Of a stretch of 64,000 nt of DNA, positions 62,236-64,000 are shown piece after piece. Every line of letters starts with the position of its first letter. Position 1 is the stretch's first letter. This DNA comes from Ostrea edulis (Eukaryota), in assembly GCF_947568905.1 (NCBI RefSeq), contig NC_079165.1, forward strand, positions 80,476,001-80,540,000, read 5' to 3'. A program made the position numbers and the translations under genes. Under the pieces are notes generated by a model. It was given only the letters and a program-made list of their open reading frames with translations, was not told where the DNA came from and searched no databases.

Positions 62236-62415
62236 CTGGGACACATTTCGGAGTGCTGGGGTTAAAGGTCCCATTATAACACGTCACCATGCGTGATCTG
62301 ATGGGGACCAGTCCATTTTTACAGTCGTACTCAAAAGTCTTTCCATGGTTTACCCAGGTTCCCACTGGGTATCCCACAACTTCCGCGTTATCAATGTTTG
62401 GAATGGTGCATTGAC
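62236..62415 (-). CDS. Sushi/CCP-domain gene, internal exon (not in the ORF track)
   Basis: TTTTCAG|GT acceptor and CAG|GTAAC donor; 180 nt, phase 1-1; QCTIPNIDNAEVVG...FEYDCKNGLVPIRSRMVTCYNGTFNPSTPKCVP. Confidence 0.88.
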
Positions 62416-63312
62416 CTGAAAAGTTAAAATTCGTAGTCCATTTAGTATGACAAAGTTAGGCAGAAACGGAACAGGACTACAAAATTAGACGGGACTTTCT
62501 TAGTGAAAGAAAGAGAACGATAATAATCGTACCGCTAGAGAGCGCTAATTTAGTTTCGGTTTTATTCTCTCCAACATTTTCACAGTCAATTCCGAAAGAT
62601 TTGAAAAATCTGGTTGTACGAGACTAGCAGGCTATTAGGAAACAAAGTAGAAACACGTTTAGAATAGAACTAAAAATTTTCTCTTGCACGCCTTCTATGA
62701 TGAATAATGACTTATACAAAGTGAAAATATAGACGTGTGTTTGACACACGATGGTTCCACATGTGACTTATTCCTGGTGTGAAATATACTATAATGATAT
62801 ACATAGAGATTTGATCTTTCACTTATAGAAATGTGCATAGTTGTGAAGTAAAGCTGAATTTTATCAAATTTTAATGTCATTAATTTGACAGTGGTATGGA
62901 ATACTAGTGTGTTACTCTATTGCCACACTTTCTGTTGGTATTACTTGCATATTCCAAATACCGGTATCACGAATCCATGTTTGTAGACCCCAAACCGAAA
63001 GAAAACTTCTAAAAACAAATGAGCTACTGGGTATGCACAGACACCAATGTAAGATATAGTCATATACTGAAAATGTTTGTAACGCAGATGCTCACTTTCT
63101 TCCATTTGAACAACGACCTTTGAAGATGTTAATTATTGTAATCATTTTTCAGGCATGATAGGTGAATGACTATCGGGTATATATTTCTAGCTATCATCAT
63201 TACAGAATCTGGTCAACCAACAGGTCAAATGACCTTCTTTTTCGAAGTGGACATACTGATTAAGAATTTACCTAAGGATGAATGTCAAAGGTGATCATGC
63301 TGCTAGAAGTCT

Positions 63313-63850
63313 TATAATGATAATAAAATATATAACGCCTTGTATAAAACAAATTACTCTAAGGCGCTTTACAAGGATAAGAAGAGGGATAAAACACAAA
63401 TGAAATCAAACGAAGATCTTATATCTGTAAAATTACCTAACTAAAACACTATAATTAAGATCAATAGCTAAATTTTTTTTTAATGTCGAGCACTATGCAG
63501 AGTATTAAAAATCATCAAAATAAAACATTAAGAAGATTTAGAAATCTGCATTAAAACGGCCATTAACAAAAACTTGTACTGTGTAAGAAACTTAGAAATC
63601 GGGGAAATCAATTTTTAAAAAGTCGGTTTTTTAGAGTTCTATTTTTTTAAGTTAATGTTTTTGGCAGCTTTAACATGTCGCGGAGGTCATTCCACAAATT
63701 GCTGCAGCCCAACTAAACATGCGTTCTCCAAAAGACTTTGTACAAATATTTGGCACAGTGAGTCTCAGTGATGTTTCAGATCTTATGGTGACATGCTCAA
63801 TATATCACAAGCACTTGCCTCCCTTCAATGGAGAAGACGTAACATTCTGC
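63313..63850 (-). mobile_element. L2/CR1-like LINE 3' end
   Basis: Minus-strand RSETSLRLTVPNICTKSFGERMFSWAAA, then LWNDL after a frameshift, is a typical RT C-terminus. Tail TGTAAAGCGCCTTAGAG...AGGCGTTATATA plus (TTA)n is L2-type. Confidence 0.65.
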
Positions 63851-64000
63851 TTTATGAGCTATAGAAAACTAAACCATATTACATGACTTATATATCTAGG
63901 AAATAAAGCCTAAAGCAAACAATAAAAAACATCGAAACATTAAAGATTGATAACAAGATATATCTGATAAGTTTGTTGTAAAATATAAAAGGTGTGATTT

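Noticed and set aside
57330-64000. 3' LTR of the Gypsy element
   Set aside because: No copy of TGTTATGAAC...CATAACA or a polypurine tract was found downstream.

Overview
This is eukaryotic, AT-rich, repeat-dense DNA. The repeat families resemble those of ostreid oysters, but that taxon assignment is an inference from recall. Only two host protein-coding loci are supported. (1) An intronless IER2/IER5-family immediate-early gene (14674-15618, +) has a candidate inducible promoter, an AU-rich 3' element, and CRE and kappaB motifs scattered around it. (2) The last three coding exons of a multi-Sushi/CCP gene (-, 59856-62415) continue beyond the window end; the gene is possibly LEV-9/Hasp/Hig-like. 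The rest is mostly mobile DNA. It includes a decayed Mag-type Ty3/Gypsy element (5' LTR, tRNA-Ser PBS overlapping the gag ATG, no 3' LTR), a near-intact Tc1 filling a Sushi-gene intron, and a triple nest (SINE <- mariner <- TTAA element). There are also about 8 Penelope-like 3' fragments, many modular Deu/Nin-domain SINEs, MITE/foldback elements, Helentron-like elements, an L2-like 3' end and a 4.5-kb GT-rich minisatellite. I found no CRISPR array, rRNA, true tRNA gene or convincing new multi-gene system. The best novelty candidates are non-coding: a Deu-domain SINE with a fixed non-tRNA 5' module, several perfect palindromes or templated insertions at rearrangement junctions, and a possible distributed CRE/kappaB regulatory landscape around the IER gene. 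All family names come from recalled motifs and need database confirmation.
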